The position numbers were made by a program, and so were the translations under genes. This document shows, piece by piece, positions 52,689 to 64,000 of a DNA stretch of 64,000 bases. The notes under the pieces were generated by a model. The model worked only from the letters and a program-made list of their open reading frames with translations, ran no database searches and had not been told where the DNA came from. This DNA is from Chara braunii (Eukaryota; Plantae; Charophyceae): the NCBI GenBank assembly GCA_003427395.1, contig BFEA01000001.1:12198961-12262960 (forward strand), written 5' to 3'. Each line of letters opens with the position of its first letter. Positions within the stretch are counted from its first letter, which is position 1.

Positions 52689-53601
52689 TGAAACAGTTTT
52701 CATCTTTACGGTAGCAGATGTAGTTCCCAGGGCTCGATCCCTAGACCTCGCCCTCACCCATGTACAGTACCAGTTCACCCGTGTGAGCTTGAACCCGCGA
52801 CCTGTGTCCTGAAAGTCGCCTGTTTGCTTGCTGTAGATAGCGTGGTCCTCGGGTCTCGAACAGTAGGTCTGTAGAATAGAAGTCTTAGCAGTGGTAGGAG
52901 TCGTCGCTGCTACAGTTCCGAAGAGTCAAAGGTCTTAGCTGCTACAGTCCTGAAGGTCAAGTCTACGACTTTCCCGAGTTTCTGGAAGTGACCTTTCGTA
53001 GGTCCTGGAGGGTAGTCCGTAGGCAAGTGGTCAAGTGGGCAGTCCTACCTAGTCCAGTCAGCAGTACCCAGTCCCGGTTGCACTTTGTCAAGTCAGCAAG
53101 TACCATGTGGGACTGTGCACCCCGGACCCGACGTTCAAGGGCAGACCTTCGACAATCCGAAGTATAAATAAAGAGGCAGCGAGCAGTCATTCATTAATTC
53201 TGCCTGTGAGCCATGCGGAAGCGCTGCCTGAGTGTCTTGTGTCCGGAGGTCTGCTGGTGCCCGTAAGAGAAGTGGGCTAAGAGGAGGAAGACACAGCCAT
53301 AGCCGCTTGCATTAGGAGGAGGTTGAAGACGGCAGCCATAGCTGCCTGTAGATTAGTAGTAGAGTTAGTCAGGGTGTGTGTATGCATGTGTGATGTGTGC
53401 GTACGAGTGCGAGACAACCGGTGTGTGTACGAACAAGTTGCTGAGAGCACAGTGTTCAGCCATAGCCGATCGAGACAAGTTTGAATCTGAACCGTGTTCT
53501 TGGCTTCATTATCTCTGAGCTTTGTTTGGCCGCAAGTGGCCAGCTTGATCGTCATCTGTTTGTACGCACACTAAGTATCGAAAAAGACAAGTCTCATTGC
53601 A
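52689..53601 (+). repeat. Putative 3' LTR of the chromovirus
   Basis: Starts TG after the purine-rich AGCGGGAG downstream of the integrase stop. Ends CA at 53596 or 53601. Contains TATAAATAAA. There is no second LTR in the window to confirm the bounds. Confidence 0.5.
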
Positions 53602-53627
53602 ATAGAGGTCCAAAAGATGAAAAAAAC

Positions 53628-54141
53628 TAGGAAGATTTTCATCACCGGCCAGTCGCCCGGGCGTGACGCCCGAGGGGGTCTGACGCCCGGGTGACCCGGT
53701 CGTGGCAGAAAAAAAAGAAAAAGAAAAAAAAAACGCGGTGGGGTTTTTCCACGCTCTCCGAGAGGAGCCCAAATCCGGCCTCTTTTCTTTCTTTCGAGTG
53801 TTGGCTGTCAAGGGGGGGAAAGGGGAGTGTAAATGAATTTTTTAAGGGGCCAAAGGGGTTTAAAGGGGGGTGCCTTAGTGTGATTTGTTTTTATTTTTAT
53901 TTTTTATCTTTAGTTCCGTGACGAATTCTGATGTGACCCTCAGCCAAAAGTTGTTTGTATTGCAATTCTACNNNNNNNNNNNNNNNNNNNNNNNNNNNNN
54001 NNNNNNNNNNNNNNNNNNNNNNNNNNNNNNTTTTTTTTTTTTTTTTTTTACGTCAGGGCTGACTGGGGCCATGCCCGGCCGGTCACCCGGTCACCAAACC
54101 GGGCGTGACATCGGGACCCGGGCGCCCGGGATACCTCCCTA
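53628..54141. mobile_element. hAT-like MITE
   Basis: Termini TAGGAAG...CTCCCTA, near-TSD GAAAAAAAC/GGAAAAAAC, CCCGG subterminal motifs. It interrupts a repeat whose intact copy is at about 45749-45800. Confidence 0.6.
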
Positions 54142-54964
54142 GGAAAAAACATGCCACTTCTATTTTTTCAGACCTGTCATCGGTTGGTGAGAACAGTCTG
54201 GAGGAAGCACAGGCGTCTGGAGGAAGCACAGGCATGCTGTCACAACTTTACGGAGAAACAATGAAATGCTATACAATGCATCTCCCGGCATTTCAGGGGA
54301 GAGGACTGAATGACTCTGTACAGCGGACAGAGACACATGATAATACTTGCCGAGAAGCACCATTTCACATCCAGCCATGGCGGCATACGCACACTAGGTG
54401 AGGACCCTTCCCCCCTATCTCTTTAGCATTTTTGTGGTTTTGTTCGTTTTTTCTGCCCTTTTTTATTATTATTATTATGTTTGTACTATGGGCCCATATA
54501 GTTTGTTTTCGACTTTTTCGCTGAATTTTGCACCGAAACTGTCGGCGAAAACAGCGAATTCTCGACCCTCCGTTAACCGCATGTCCGCCTCACTCTACAC
54601 AGCCTGAAAACCATTCAAAAGCTGCACCCAGAAATTGCAACCAGGGCGATACAATGCTTTTCCCCGAATTTCAGGGGAGGACTGAAAGACTCTGTACAGT
54701 GCAGAACCACACATAATAATACTTGCCGAGAAGCACCATTTCCCATCGAGCCAGCGCAGCATCCGCACACAATAGGTGGGGACCCTTCCTTATCTCTCTA
54801 CCTCTCTGCCTCACTCCAGACAACCTGAAAAACCATCCAAAAGCTGCACTCAGAAATTGCAACCAGGGCTAAATAACAACTCGCCAAGAAAGGGTCCATG
54901 GTCAGTGTGACCATGAAAGCCATGATCATCCAAGTGGACCAAGACTGTGAAAACCAAAAAATTC

Positions 54965-55283
54965 ACAAGCTACACAATCTCCCTGGTACAGAGGCCACAT
55001 GCCATTCATTGCCTCAGACAAAAGAGTCCCAAAACAGCAAATGGCTCTCATCAGAGCTTCTCTAACCCCACCACTCAATCAAACAACTCGTGTCAGCTAT
55101 GGGGAGGAGTCTAAACTGACAACAAGCTACTCAATCTCCCTGGCACAGAGGCCCCACGCCATTGCCTCAGACAAAAGAGTCCCAAAACAGCAAATGGCTC
55201 CTCTCATCAGAGCTGCTCTCCACCCCACCACTTAATCAAACAACACCTGTCAGCTATGGGGAGGAGCCTGAAATGACAACAAG
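54965..55283. repeat. Tandem duplication of about 159 bp
   Basis: ACAAGCTAC.CAATCTCCCTGG...GTCAGCTATGGGGAGGAG occurs twice. A further duplication lies at about 54270-54410 and 54650-54790. Confidence 0.85.
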
Positions 55284-55482
55284 CATTGTCATTTGCACTC
55301 CTTGAAGTAGAAAGACATGACTTGAACATGAATGTAAACAAATACATCTGTGGACATAATATTGACTATCAAACAGGCTCTAACTGCGGTAACCCATCAA
55401 CTGGCCAAGCTTGTGCAAATAATCACAAACCCTAAACATTTCTCGTGTCACCCGCTTCCAATTATCAACTCCTGGCTAATAA

Positions 55483-55547
<65 letters not shown>

Positions 55548-56242
55548 TACTCCTCCCGCTAATCCATCTCCGCTCCGCCACCGTCCGCCGCTCCCTCTTC
55601 ACCGCTTCTCTCTCTGTGCGCATCCTGAACGCACATGTACTTTCGAATCCAGTCATGGCCCCCTGGAAAATTCATGGCCCTCTGTAAGTCCATGCCACAC
55701 GTAATTGGTTCTTGAACTGACCCGAAAAGATAGCAAAGCGCAACATGTAACGAAATCAATCAAAATAACGATGACTTGAATTCCCACACCGAGCCCGCAA
55801 TCCTCTAGTGCTTCAGAAACCTTACACACTCTTTACCCACTTGCTATGTGCTTAACACCGCTATGTCCACTTGAAGCTAGAAACTCCACACACCTCTAAC
55901 CCATCAGCAAGCAAACTTTATTCTGCCATCATAGCAATTCCCGATTATAAAATCCTCTTGTGCCCCTGCCACGAGTTACCGATCCTTTGCTCTTTCCGCC
56001 CTTACACCTGACCAATTCCACACCCAAATACCCTCTCCTCACGAACAATATAAAATACTTCTGCATTGTCAACACGTTGAGATCATCCAATTCAACTACC
56101 ACCATGGNNNNNNNNNNNNNNNNNNNNNNNNNNNNNNNNNNNNNNNNNNNNNNNNNNNNNNNNNNNNNNNNNNNNNNNNNNNNNNNNNNNNNNNNNNNNN
56201 NNNNNNNNNNNNNNNNNNNNNNNNNNNNNNNNNNNNNNNNNN

Positions 56243-56332
<90 letters not shown>

Positions 56333-56571
56333 GCAAGCATGGATGCATGCACACATATAGTGCCCTTGGGAACTCTGATAGAGTCCAAAACACCTACAAC
56401 TGAGTATGGATGGCTCTTTGCAGAGTATCCATGCCACCACCATTTGGCGCTTCGATCTCTGCCAACCTTTGCTTGATGACCCTACATGGACCTTGTATCT
56501 CGACCACTTCAAATTCCAAGGGTGGTTTTAAGGCAAGAATATCTGAGCCATTACTGGCTGACATGATATAT

Positions 56572-59500
56572 TCACGCAAAAGGTGATGAATACACTCCTG
56601 TTAATGCATCCGACCTTCGCACCATCCCCAATCCGCAGACGGGGCAGCCAGACAATGAGAGAGCAGAGAAATTTGCTGAGCAGACATCACACGTATCGTG
56701 ACCAATAGTCGGGAGACGTCCAAGCGTCCCTGCGCAGAATTTGCTGGAGTCCTCAGGACCGTCGATTGCCCGGTCGACCAGTCCCCGCTGAACACAAATG
56801 TTGATCATTCCCTTAAGCTCCGCTTGCTTGTTCGGAGGGGCTTTTACCAACAGGAAATCAAGCATCCTCTTTGCATAGCCATAATTGTGCACATCCATGT
56901 TCTTCTTGATCGCCGTCCTTACACAGGAGATGCGATGTTTTGGCTGAAGCGGCAACGCGCTCAGGTGTCTGGCCATTCGAGCCACCTCCTCCTTGACCCC
57001 CACACCTACCTCCTTCTGAAGTTTTGCAATCTCCTGCAACAAAAGCACAGCAATCTTGTACTGTGAGCAGATACGTGCCTGAGACTTGACATCTTTTCCA
57101 GCTGTGAACTCTTTCGACAGAGCAACAAAGGATTCGTTGAAACAGGCAAGTGCATCCACGAGAGCATTGCGTTCGAGGTGGGCAAGGCCAGCCTTGAAAC
57201 ACTGTGATGCTGAAGCACCTTTTGGCACAAATCCTGAAGGGAACCCTTGCCGATTCCCAGGCCCGCCCACGGCTCCCACCGACGAAGACCCGAACGCACC
57301 CTGTTCCGTTCCTCTTGTCGGCAACACTCCACCACCACCACCAACAGTCATTCCTTCCCCACCTCCCAATTGGCCATCACTCCCTGGTGGAGTATCAAAC
57401 CCAATCAAACCCCCACCAGCGAATTCCGGCCCACTGCTGTCCCTCCTGCTCCCTTTTGTGGACACTGCGCCAAAGATGGCTCCTTCCGCATCCATCGTTG
57501 GCAGAGTCAAGCCCTGCATGCCACCTGTTTGAAGTCCCGGCATGCCTGAGACCCCATCAAAACTCAAATCGACCAATCCTCCTGGTCCCCCTCCACTGTC
57601 ACCTCCCACCCCTCCTGGAGCTCCAGTCATGGTAACAGATTGCTGCTGAGGTAAGCTTGGCATGCCCATTCCGAATGCCCCTCCGAATCCTCTCATCATC
57701 ATTCCCCCTCCAGGGGATGACTGCCCCGGATCGGCTACAGTCCAGTACCCACCTGCGCCATCCCCCACTGGGCCTTGCAGACCCGCGGCAATGTGCTGTA
57801 TATTCCCATCAGTCAAACCCATGTTGGAGGGCCCTGCACCTTGGACTGACACTCTGCTTGCCCACTCCTGAACTGCAGTGTTCTCCGCAGTGCCCGTCAT
57901 CCCAGAAGGGGCAGGAGAGGCCGACCCAGCTTGGTTCCCCGCTCCCGCAGTTCCGAAGACAAGCCTGCCAGGCTTGAGTCCGCCAGCAGCAAACTGCATA
58001 GACATCCCCATGGATGGGTTGACCTCACCGACCTTGAACTGTCGCATAGCCTCCTTCAGTTTGTCAACGTCCACTGCATCCTTGCCTGTCACCCCCATCT
58101 TTGCATCGCGTATCCGGATTTGGAACTTGCTCTTTCCTCGTGTCGTCCCAGGGACATCCTCCTCGTCACTGCTGCTATCGGAGACAGATCCCTTGAAACC
58201 CCTAGCAAACTCCTTGGCTGCTCGCTTCTGCTCCTCGGTTTCTTCCTCTGCTCCTCCTCCTCCAGGTGCTGGCAATGCAAGGAGGACACCACCGCTCCCC
58301 CCAAGCTTACCACTGCCGATCCAGCTACCCGAGGACTGCAGCTTACCCACTCCCCCCAGACTACTTGCATCCTCGTGTCGGTCATCCACCCTCCCACTTC
58401 CATGCCGCGAGAACAATGAAGGAGCAGAGTCTGCTCCAGGACTGCCATGACTATCGTCTTCTCTGTCAGCGTCAAAGCCATTCTCGTATGCTCCCCCGAT
58501 CTCCTGAAGCCGAGAGATGAACTTCGATCCATCCCTCACCTCCAGAACCTGCGTTCTCCCTTTGTGCGTTCCCAGATAGACACCCAGTGTATCCGCAATT
58601 ATACTAGGGATTGCCTGTGACTGGCCAGCTGGCCCGGCAGCCTTCATATGCCCAGACACCTCAGTGGCAAGCTGCCAATCATGCACTCTCTTAACCTCTG
58701 GCTTCACCTTGATCTCCCAATCGCCGCCTGCCCATTCCGGGCCCTTGGGGGTCATGCTGTCCCCAGTAGTCAAGAGAGCAGAAAAGGCACCGCCTTGCAG
58801 AGCTCCCCATCCCGTTGACCGCAATGCCAACAGCTTGTCACACTGCCGCTTGAGCTCCGGATCTGTGCCACTCTCTTCCAGCTTCTGAGCCAGTCTTCGC
58901 AGTGCACTTGGGTTCATATGGGGGACGAACAAATCAAACAGGCTCTCATAATCGCCAACGGTCTCGAACGTTTCTTTTGCTTGGTCAAACTGACCATGCC
59001 TCACACACGCATAACCAAGTTCTCGAAACCGCTGAAACAGCCGGCTTGATTGTGGGCATCGCGGATAGTCTCGGGAGCGCATGAATTCGTCTTTCAAGAT
59101 GGAAAATGCAGTGTCAAACCGTCTAGCCCTGATGGCGTAGCCACAACGCAGCTCTTGAGTGAACTGGGGTCCTGCTTGGGTGTATGACAACTCAACCGAC
59201 AGGTCTCCGCATGGGTCTGGCCCAAGACTCAGAACCTCCAACATCCTTGGGGTTATTCGGAGAGAATCAAATCTGGAAGTGATTTGAAACATCACTTGTG
59301 ATAGATCAAGCTGAGGGTCGAAGCAAGACTGCATCGTCACCCATCCAATGAGCAGAGGTTCCAGGAGGCCAAGCAGTCGAGACTTGACTTCCACCCCCGT
59401 CTTTGGGCTCTCTGCCCAGCTTGCCAGAAGCACTCGGTCATTCAGCATTCCCAGCATGCCTGCATTTGGTTCATCTATCGTCAGCACTGTCCGAACACAG

Positions 59501-61998
59501 GAGTCCCACCCAAGAACTGCGATAACGGTTGCGGTGGAGAAGAGCAATGCAGGCCCGACCCACAAACATGTGCGAAACGGAGGATACCCCCCGTCAAGAG
59601 GCGTGGACGTTTCCGCAATCACCTGTAATGACGCTGAGACTATCAGCACACGCATCGTGGTGACTATCCCGGCAACATGGCCTTTGTTGATTGTGTCCTG
59701 CCAAGACACTTGGACAACACGTTCCAACGGCTGGAGTTTAAGCAATTTGTGTTCCTCCTCGCTCGTTGAAAGGATGGTCATTCCCCGCCTTCGTCCACCC
59801 CAATTCACACCCCGGACCGAGACAATCCCAATGTGGCTACCTGCGCAGACATACAGCAAGGAGTCGTCCAGCGGACAGGGAAATACGCGCTGGACAGGTG
59901 CATCAAAAGAAAACTCCAAGGGCACTTTGTCATTGCCCCCATTCAACTGTAATCCCTGTTTTGACATCCCGGATCCCACGTCCACCTCTGGAGAGGCGAT
60001 AGGATCTGCAAAGGGAGAATAGGGCGTAGTAGGAACTCCCATCCCAGCACCGCCATGTCCATTTTCCCGAACACTCGCAGAGACACCTCCCTCCCAAGTT
60101 AGTGCCAGCATCTTTCCCCCCTTTTCATTTCCCAAACCTGAGGCTGCCGAAGGCCTGACATCCTCAAAGGCCCCCTCCAACGTGTATACCGTCAGTTTCA
60201 TCCCGTCCTCATCTAGAATAGCATACTGCGCATCACTGGGCTCCACGAATGCACCATCTCTTCCGGGCATCGTGACAGGATTTTCCAGACCGGGAAACTG
60301 TGCGTCCGGATTGCGAACAAGCGAGCACTCCGCGGGTCCCTCCCGGCAATCAAAGAACACAATCCAGACGTGCTGTTTCCAGCTATATGTCATGTGCCTG
60401 GGTTTTCTCTCACCTCCAGACATGCCTCGGACTGCAAAGTGTAAATACCGGTTATACTCCCCAGTAGCAAGGCTATAGCCCATCAGATTGCACCCATCCA
60501 TGAAATCTGCCCTCAAGGGGTAGATATATGACCCACTGTCCGTGCTAAAAAAGCGCATTTCTCGCTGGAAAGGCTGGAAAACGGGGAGGTCCCGTAAAGG
60601 GTGGGCAGGATCTGCGATTGCCACAATGGGAAGTTTCAGCAAGCCAGCTCCACCCTCCCCCTGATAATCCCGATGGCCTCCGTACAGAAACGATTTCCGG
60701 GCATAATCAACTAGGGTTCCTTTGGTCACTCCATTCGAACCCTCGCGCCTTGCATGCATTTGGATCTGGATATCATGATCCGAGAGAAAGGACGGCGGGA
60801 CGCCTATCATCATGGACATCTTCTCCATGAGCACTTGGCCCCCACCCTGCGAGCTGCGCCGCGTGCTCTGCAAAACCGGCAGCAACATCCGTCGGGAGTC
60901 CCGACCCATCCCCGTGCCTCTGCTCGCTGCCTCCGTTCTCGCGCTACTCAAATCGGCAAATATAACCGTTGCCACATTCAGTTTCGAATGGATAAGCAAC
61001 TCCACAGGCTTCGGGGCAGGAGAACGACCAGGATTACTAATGCACCCACCACCTCTTTGGCGCAAAAGTTGGTCCACGTCTAATCTTTCCATTCCAGCCG
61101 GGTCAAAGAACCCCCCACCTCGACCAGGAGGCCCTGGCAGTCTGGCCAGGTCTCCTGACCCGGTTCCGAGCACTCCTGCGGTGTACCCTTCGGCTATACC
61201 ATCTTTACGCAGGACCACCACACATCGGACGGTCGGGTGCCAGGCGACGGACAGTGGATGCGAGTCCTGGATCGAAATTGTACCTAAACAGACATGTGTC
61301 CTGAGTTCGTAGGCAATAAGAAGGCCAGCACGGTCACCTACGAACATCACATCTGCAGAGGAGTGGTAGGAGATGGCCTCTGCGCCACCCAGCTTCACCA
61401 TCCCCTCGGGGGGCGACAGAGTGTACTGATACAAAAATGCACTAAGGTTATAGCCCCTGATGGACCCATCCATGTAGGCAACATATACAAGGGGTTGTCG
61501 AGGGTGACAAGACAAAAAGCTGACCGCTTTTTGAACATCCAGTTTCAATTTCTGGGCAGGTTTGACACCCTGAATAGTGCCGACAACATTGACCGTGGTG
61601 CGCTTATGCGCGGCGAAGAAGATCCAGGGCTTGAGAGGAGTGAGGGCAATGTGAACAGTAAGAGGTTTCTCGACTTTCCTCCCATCTGGAGAGTAGAGAA
61701 TGGATGTCTGTTCACCATCGATATCCCAGGATCGGATGGTCATATCTTCCTCCAAAACGGCCACAATGACGTGAGAACCCGTGGGACTATAAGCCATCCT
61801 CATCACAGTGCCCCCAATATCCACACTGGATAGCTTGCTCCCAAGAAGCACATCGAATTCCAGAATCTGCCGTCCCAGAGCGACTGCTACAAGCGCTTGA
61901 GTGGGATGGAATGCAGCGCAGTGTGCCTGAAGGCCCCATGTTGCCACAGAGCCCAACGGTGGGCTCAGATCCAACAGCCGGCACGTCAGCCATTCCAT
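56572..61998 (-). CDS. Transducin/WD40 protein, TWD40-1-like subunit of the TPLATE/TSET endocytic complex, single exon
   Basis: 1808-aa ORF. N-terminus (MEW...AAFHPTQALVAVALG...EFD...RMAYSPT...LSCHPRQPLVYVAY) resembles Arabidopsis At3g50590 as I recall it. It has WD40 propellers, a solenoid, and a coatomer-like C-terminus ending in CxxC...CxxC. Confidence 0.88.
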   Translation of the reverse strand: MEWLTCRLLDLSPPLGSVATWGLQAHCAAFHPTQALVAVALGRQILEFDVLLGSKLSSVDIGGTVMRMAYSPTGSHVIVAVLEEDMTIRSWDIDGEQTSILYSPDGRKVEKPLTVHIALTPLKPWIFFAAHKRTTVNVVGTIQGVKPAQKLKLDVQKAVSFLSCHPRQPLVYVAYMDGSIRGYNLSAFLYQYTLSPPEGMVKLGGAEAISYHSSADVMFVGDRAGLLIAYELRTHVCLGTISIQDSHPLSVAWHPTVRCVVVLRKDGIAEGYTAGVLGTGSGDLARLPGPPGRGGGFFDPAGMERLDVDQLLRQRGGGCISNPGRSPAPKPVELLIHSKLNVATVIFADLSSARTEAASRGTGMGRDSRRMLLPVLQSTRRSSQGGGQVLMEKMSMMIGVPPSFLSDHDIQIQMHARREGSNGVTKGTLVDYARKSFLYGGHRDYQGEGGAGLLKLPIVAIADPAHPLRDLPVFQPFQREMRFFSTDSGSYIYPLRADFMDGCNLMGYSLATGEYNRYLHFAVRGMSGGERKPRHMTYSWKQHVWIVFFDCREGPAECSLVRNPDAQFPGLENPVTMPGRDGAFVEPSDAQYAILDEDGMKLTVYTLEGAFEDVRPSAASGLGNEKGGKMLALTWEGGVSASVRENGHGGAGMGVPTTPYSPFADPIASPEVDVGSGMSKQGLQLNGGNDKVPLEFSFDAPVQRVFPCPLDDSLLYVCAGSHIGIVSVRGVNWGGRRRGMTILSTSEEEHKLLKLQPLERVVQVSWQDTINKGHVAGIVTTMRVLIVSASLQVIAETSTPLDGGYPPFRTCLWVGPALLFSTATVIAVLGWDSCVRTVLTIDEPNAGMLGMLNDRVLLASWAESPKTGVEVKSRLLGLLEPLLIGWVTMQSCFDPQLDLSQVMFQITSRFDSLRITPRMLEVLSLGPDPCGDLSVELSYTQAGPQFTQELRCGYAIRARRFDTAFSILKDEFMRSRDYPRCPQSSRLFQRFRELGYACVRHGQFDQAKETFETVGDYESLFDLFVPHMNPSALRRLAQKLEESGTDPELKRQCDKLLALRSTGWGALQGGAFSALLTTGDSMTPKGPEWAGGDWEIKVKPEVKRVHDWQLATEVSGHMKAAGPAGQSQAIPSIIADTLGVYLGTHKGRTQVLEVRDGSKFISRLQEIGGAYENGFDADREDDSHGSPGADSAPSLFSRHGSGRVDDRHEDASSLGGVGKLQSSGSWIGSGKLGGSGGVLLALPAPGGGGAEEETEEQKRAAKEFARGFKGSVSDSSSDEEDVPGTTRGKSKFQIRIRDAKMGVTGKDAVDVDKLKEAMRQFKVGEVNPSMGMSMQFAAGGLKPGRLVFGTAGAGNQAGSASPAPSGMTGTAENTAVQEWASRVSVQGAGPSNMGLTDGNIQHIAAGLQGPVGDGAGGYWTVADPGQSSPGGGMMMRGFGGAFGMGMPSLPQQQSVTMTGAPGGVGGDSGGGPGGLVDLSFDGVSGMPGLQTGGMQGLTLPTMDAEGAIFGAVSTKGSRRDSSGPEFAGGGLIGFDTPPGSDGQLGGGEGMTVGGGGGVLPTRGTEQGAFGSSSVGAVGGPGNRQGFPSGFVPKGASASQCFKAGLAHLERNALVDALACFNESFVALSKEFTAGKDVKSQARICSQYKIAVLLLQEIAKLQKEVGVGVKEEVARMARHLSALPLQPKHRISCVRTAIKKNMDVHNYGYAKRMLDFLLVKAPPNKQAELKGMINICVQRGLVDRAIDGPEDSSKFCAGTLGRLPTIGHDTCDVCSANFSALSLSGCPVCGLGMVRRSDALTGVYSSPFA

Positions 61999-62040
61999 CT
62001 CTTCCCTCTCTCCACCTCAAACCACCAAACATGGAAACCC

Positions 62041-62116
<76 letters not shown>

Positions 62117-62117
62117 N

Positions 62118-62202
<85 letters not shown>

Positions 62203-64000
62203 CGCGCGCGCGCGCGAAGAAGAAAGGGAAAACTCCTCCTTTCTACTCTTTTCCTTCCAGAACCCTCCTGGCTCTCACCCGTGCTCGCCTTGCTCTCTTC
62301 CTGCCTATATTTATCAAGATATCAACCTATCTATACAACTCCCTAGATATGAATACACCAAATCTTGGTCTACACCTTTCCCGATCTATTGTCAGTTGAT
62401 GTACCTAATCTGTTTTTCCGAATCTAAATATACTTGTCTGTACATCTATCTATACATGTGTACAAGTGTCCTCCGCCATTCCACCTCCTCTTCTTCCTCT
62501 CACCCTCCTCTGCTCAGCTTTATGCATGTGGTGTGAGTGATCCAGTAGGAAGGGCGTAACCTCCTCCTCTCTTCCTCCTCCGCACTCGACCCACCGATGG
62601 CCCGTCCCCGATCTATAGTCAGTTAACTAATGCACCTATCTGTTTTCCTAACCTAAATACATTCTGTACATCTGTTTATACATGTGGGTATGTGTCTTCC
62701 GCCTTTCAACCTCCTCCCCCTCTTCCTCCTCTTCCTCCTCTTCCTCCTCTTCCTCCACTCTCCCTCCTCTACTCTGATTTACGCATGTAGTGGGAGGGAT
62801 CCACTAGGAAGGGCGTTATCTCCTTTCTCCCTCCTCTGCACTGGGCCTACAGATGGCCCGTGACACCCATCAACCATGCCACCCACTTCTACCAAGCCAC
62901 CTGTTGAAGACAACAGAAAACAGGCTGCTTTACCCAATTCCACTTCCAAATCTTCAAGAGGCGCGCATTGTAGGGCCTGCCTGCTTCGCCCAGCCACCTG
63001 CTGACAAGACCGGAAAATCAGAGAGCGTATAGACAGCCGTTATTTTTTTTTCCTTTTTCTCTGTTCCTTCCAGTGTCTTCCTTTTTCTCTTGGGGGGGGG
63101 CGTTTTACCCCCCCCCCTTCCCACACACACTATTAGAGTAGTATGAAGAGATCGACGAAAACAATTCTGAATGGTCAAATTGAAGAAAACCAATAAAAAG
63201 GAATCCCGATATACACATTCATCAAATCTGAGAATCGGGATCTGCCAACTAGGGTTCTTCACGCAAATAGAACGCCCGGTCATTATCTCTGTATCTAGAC
63301 CGAAAGTTGCACCGAATTGAGCTATAATATAATAATGACTGGGCGTTCTATCCGAGTGAAGACGGGGGTAGCCTTCTTCCCCAACATAACTGACGCCCCC
63401 CCTCATCATGAATGTAGAGGAACCCTCTTACGGACCAAATAAAGTCCAAAAAAATGGAGGTGCGTTGTATTCGGGGGAGAAGAAAAGAACGGTAGGAGCC
63501 ATTGGGCATCGCTCCACTACTCCGGAAACGCACAAAAGACAAAAATCATGGTCATGTATCTTTCCTTGTTCTAGCGGAAGATTCACTCTCGATTTGCACC
63601 ACATTTCGAGAGTAGTGCCGCGAGGCCCATTCTAGCCCTGTTTCAGCAAAATCCGCTTGCACGCGATTGAAAGGGGTGATTGATTTCCTCACAGGAAAAA
63701 AAAAAACAAAAAAAAAAGGGGCCAGGGGGCGTGCTGGGACATAGACAAGCGCAACACACACACACACACAGACCACCTGTTGACGACAACAACAGAAAAT
63801 CATAGTGCGTACACAAAACAAATCCGTTGTCTTCCCCTTTTTTTTGCGTTTTCGTTTCCCCGATTTTGTCTTTTATTTACCCTCCCCCCCCCTCCCCCCC
63901 CTTTTGTTTCCCTCTCAGGCTGAAGAGATCGAAGAAAACCGACTTTGCAGCTACACACACACTCCTCAAAATGCGGTTCACATACAAAGGGGGAAGGGGG

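Larger units (their letters stand above)
45894..53601 (+). mobile_element. Decayed Ty3/gypsy chromovirus-type LTR retrotransposon (PR-RT-RH-INT-chromodomain plus 3' LTR; no gag or 5' LTR)
   Basis: Protease ALIDSGATRSYIS (about 46040). RT LGYHQIEV..DDQYK, MPFGLTNAPATF, VVVYLDNILIFS. RNase H YERELYAL..FKVYSDHEPL. Integrase H..H/CKVC, VSIDFM, VDRFS, HPQTNGQTE. Chromodomain YDIDRIV..YRVRF..DRW (52440-52610). Many stops and frameshifts. Confidence 0.92.

Noticed and set aside
57086-61833. Many plus-strand ORFs overlapping the TWD40-1-like gene
   Set aside because: Antisense shadows of a long coding region; no independent protein features.

Overview
Eukaryotic, repeat-rich draft scaffold with many N gaps. 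The gene content and repeat style suggest a streptophyte alga such as Chara; this is inference only. Two host genes lie on the minus strand: the first two exons of a mitochondrial pyruvate dehydrogenase kinase (7757-7488, 6007-5743) and an uninterrupted 1808-aa TWD40-1-like TPLATE/TSET subunit (61998-56572). The rest is mostly mobile and repetitive DNA. It includes a decayed chromodomain-bearing Ty3/gypsy element with nested hAT-type and poly(A) insertions, U2 and U6 snRNA copies, tRNA-derived SINE-like heads, a MITE, satellites, and a tRNA-Asp primer-binding site in front of a long non-coding block. The main discovery is a family of small non-coding elements carrying a type III hammerhead ribozyme on the minus strand. 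It is arranged as a 425-bp tandem monomer at 35.45-36.38 kb, with dispersed copies at 3.2, 6.9 and 16.3 kb; most copies start at TA-rich sites and the divergent copy shows stem covariation. This looks like a retrozyme or Penelope-type circular-RNA system. A separate minimal type I hammerhead lies at 33.24 kb. A Nextera mate-pair junction adapter at 40089-40126 marks an assembly artefact.
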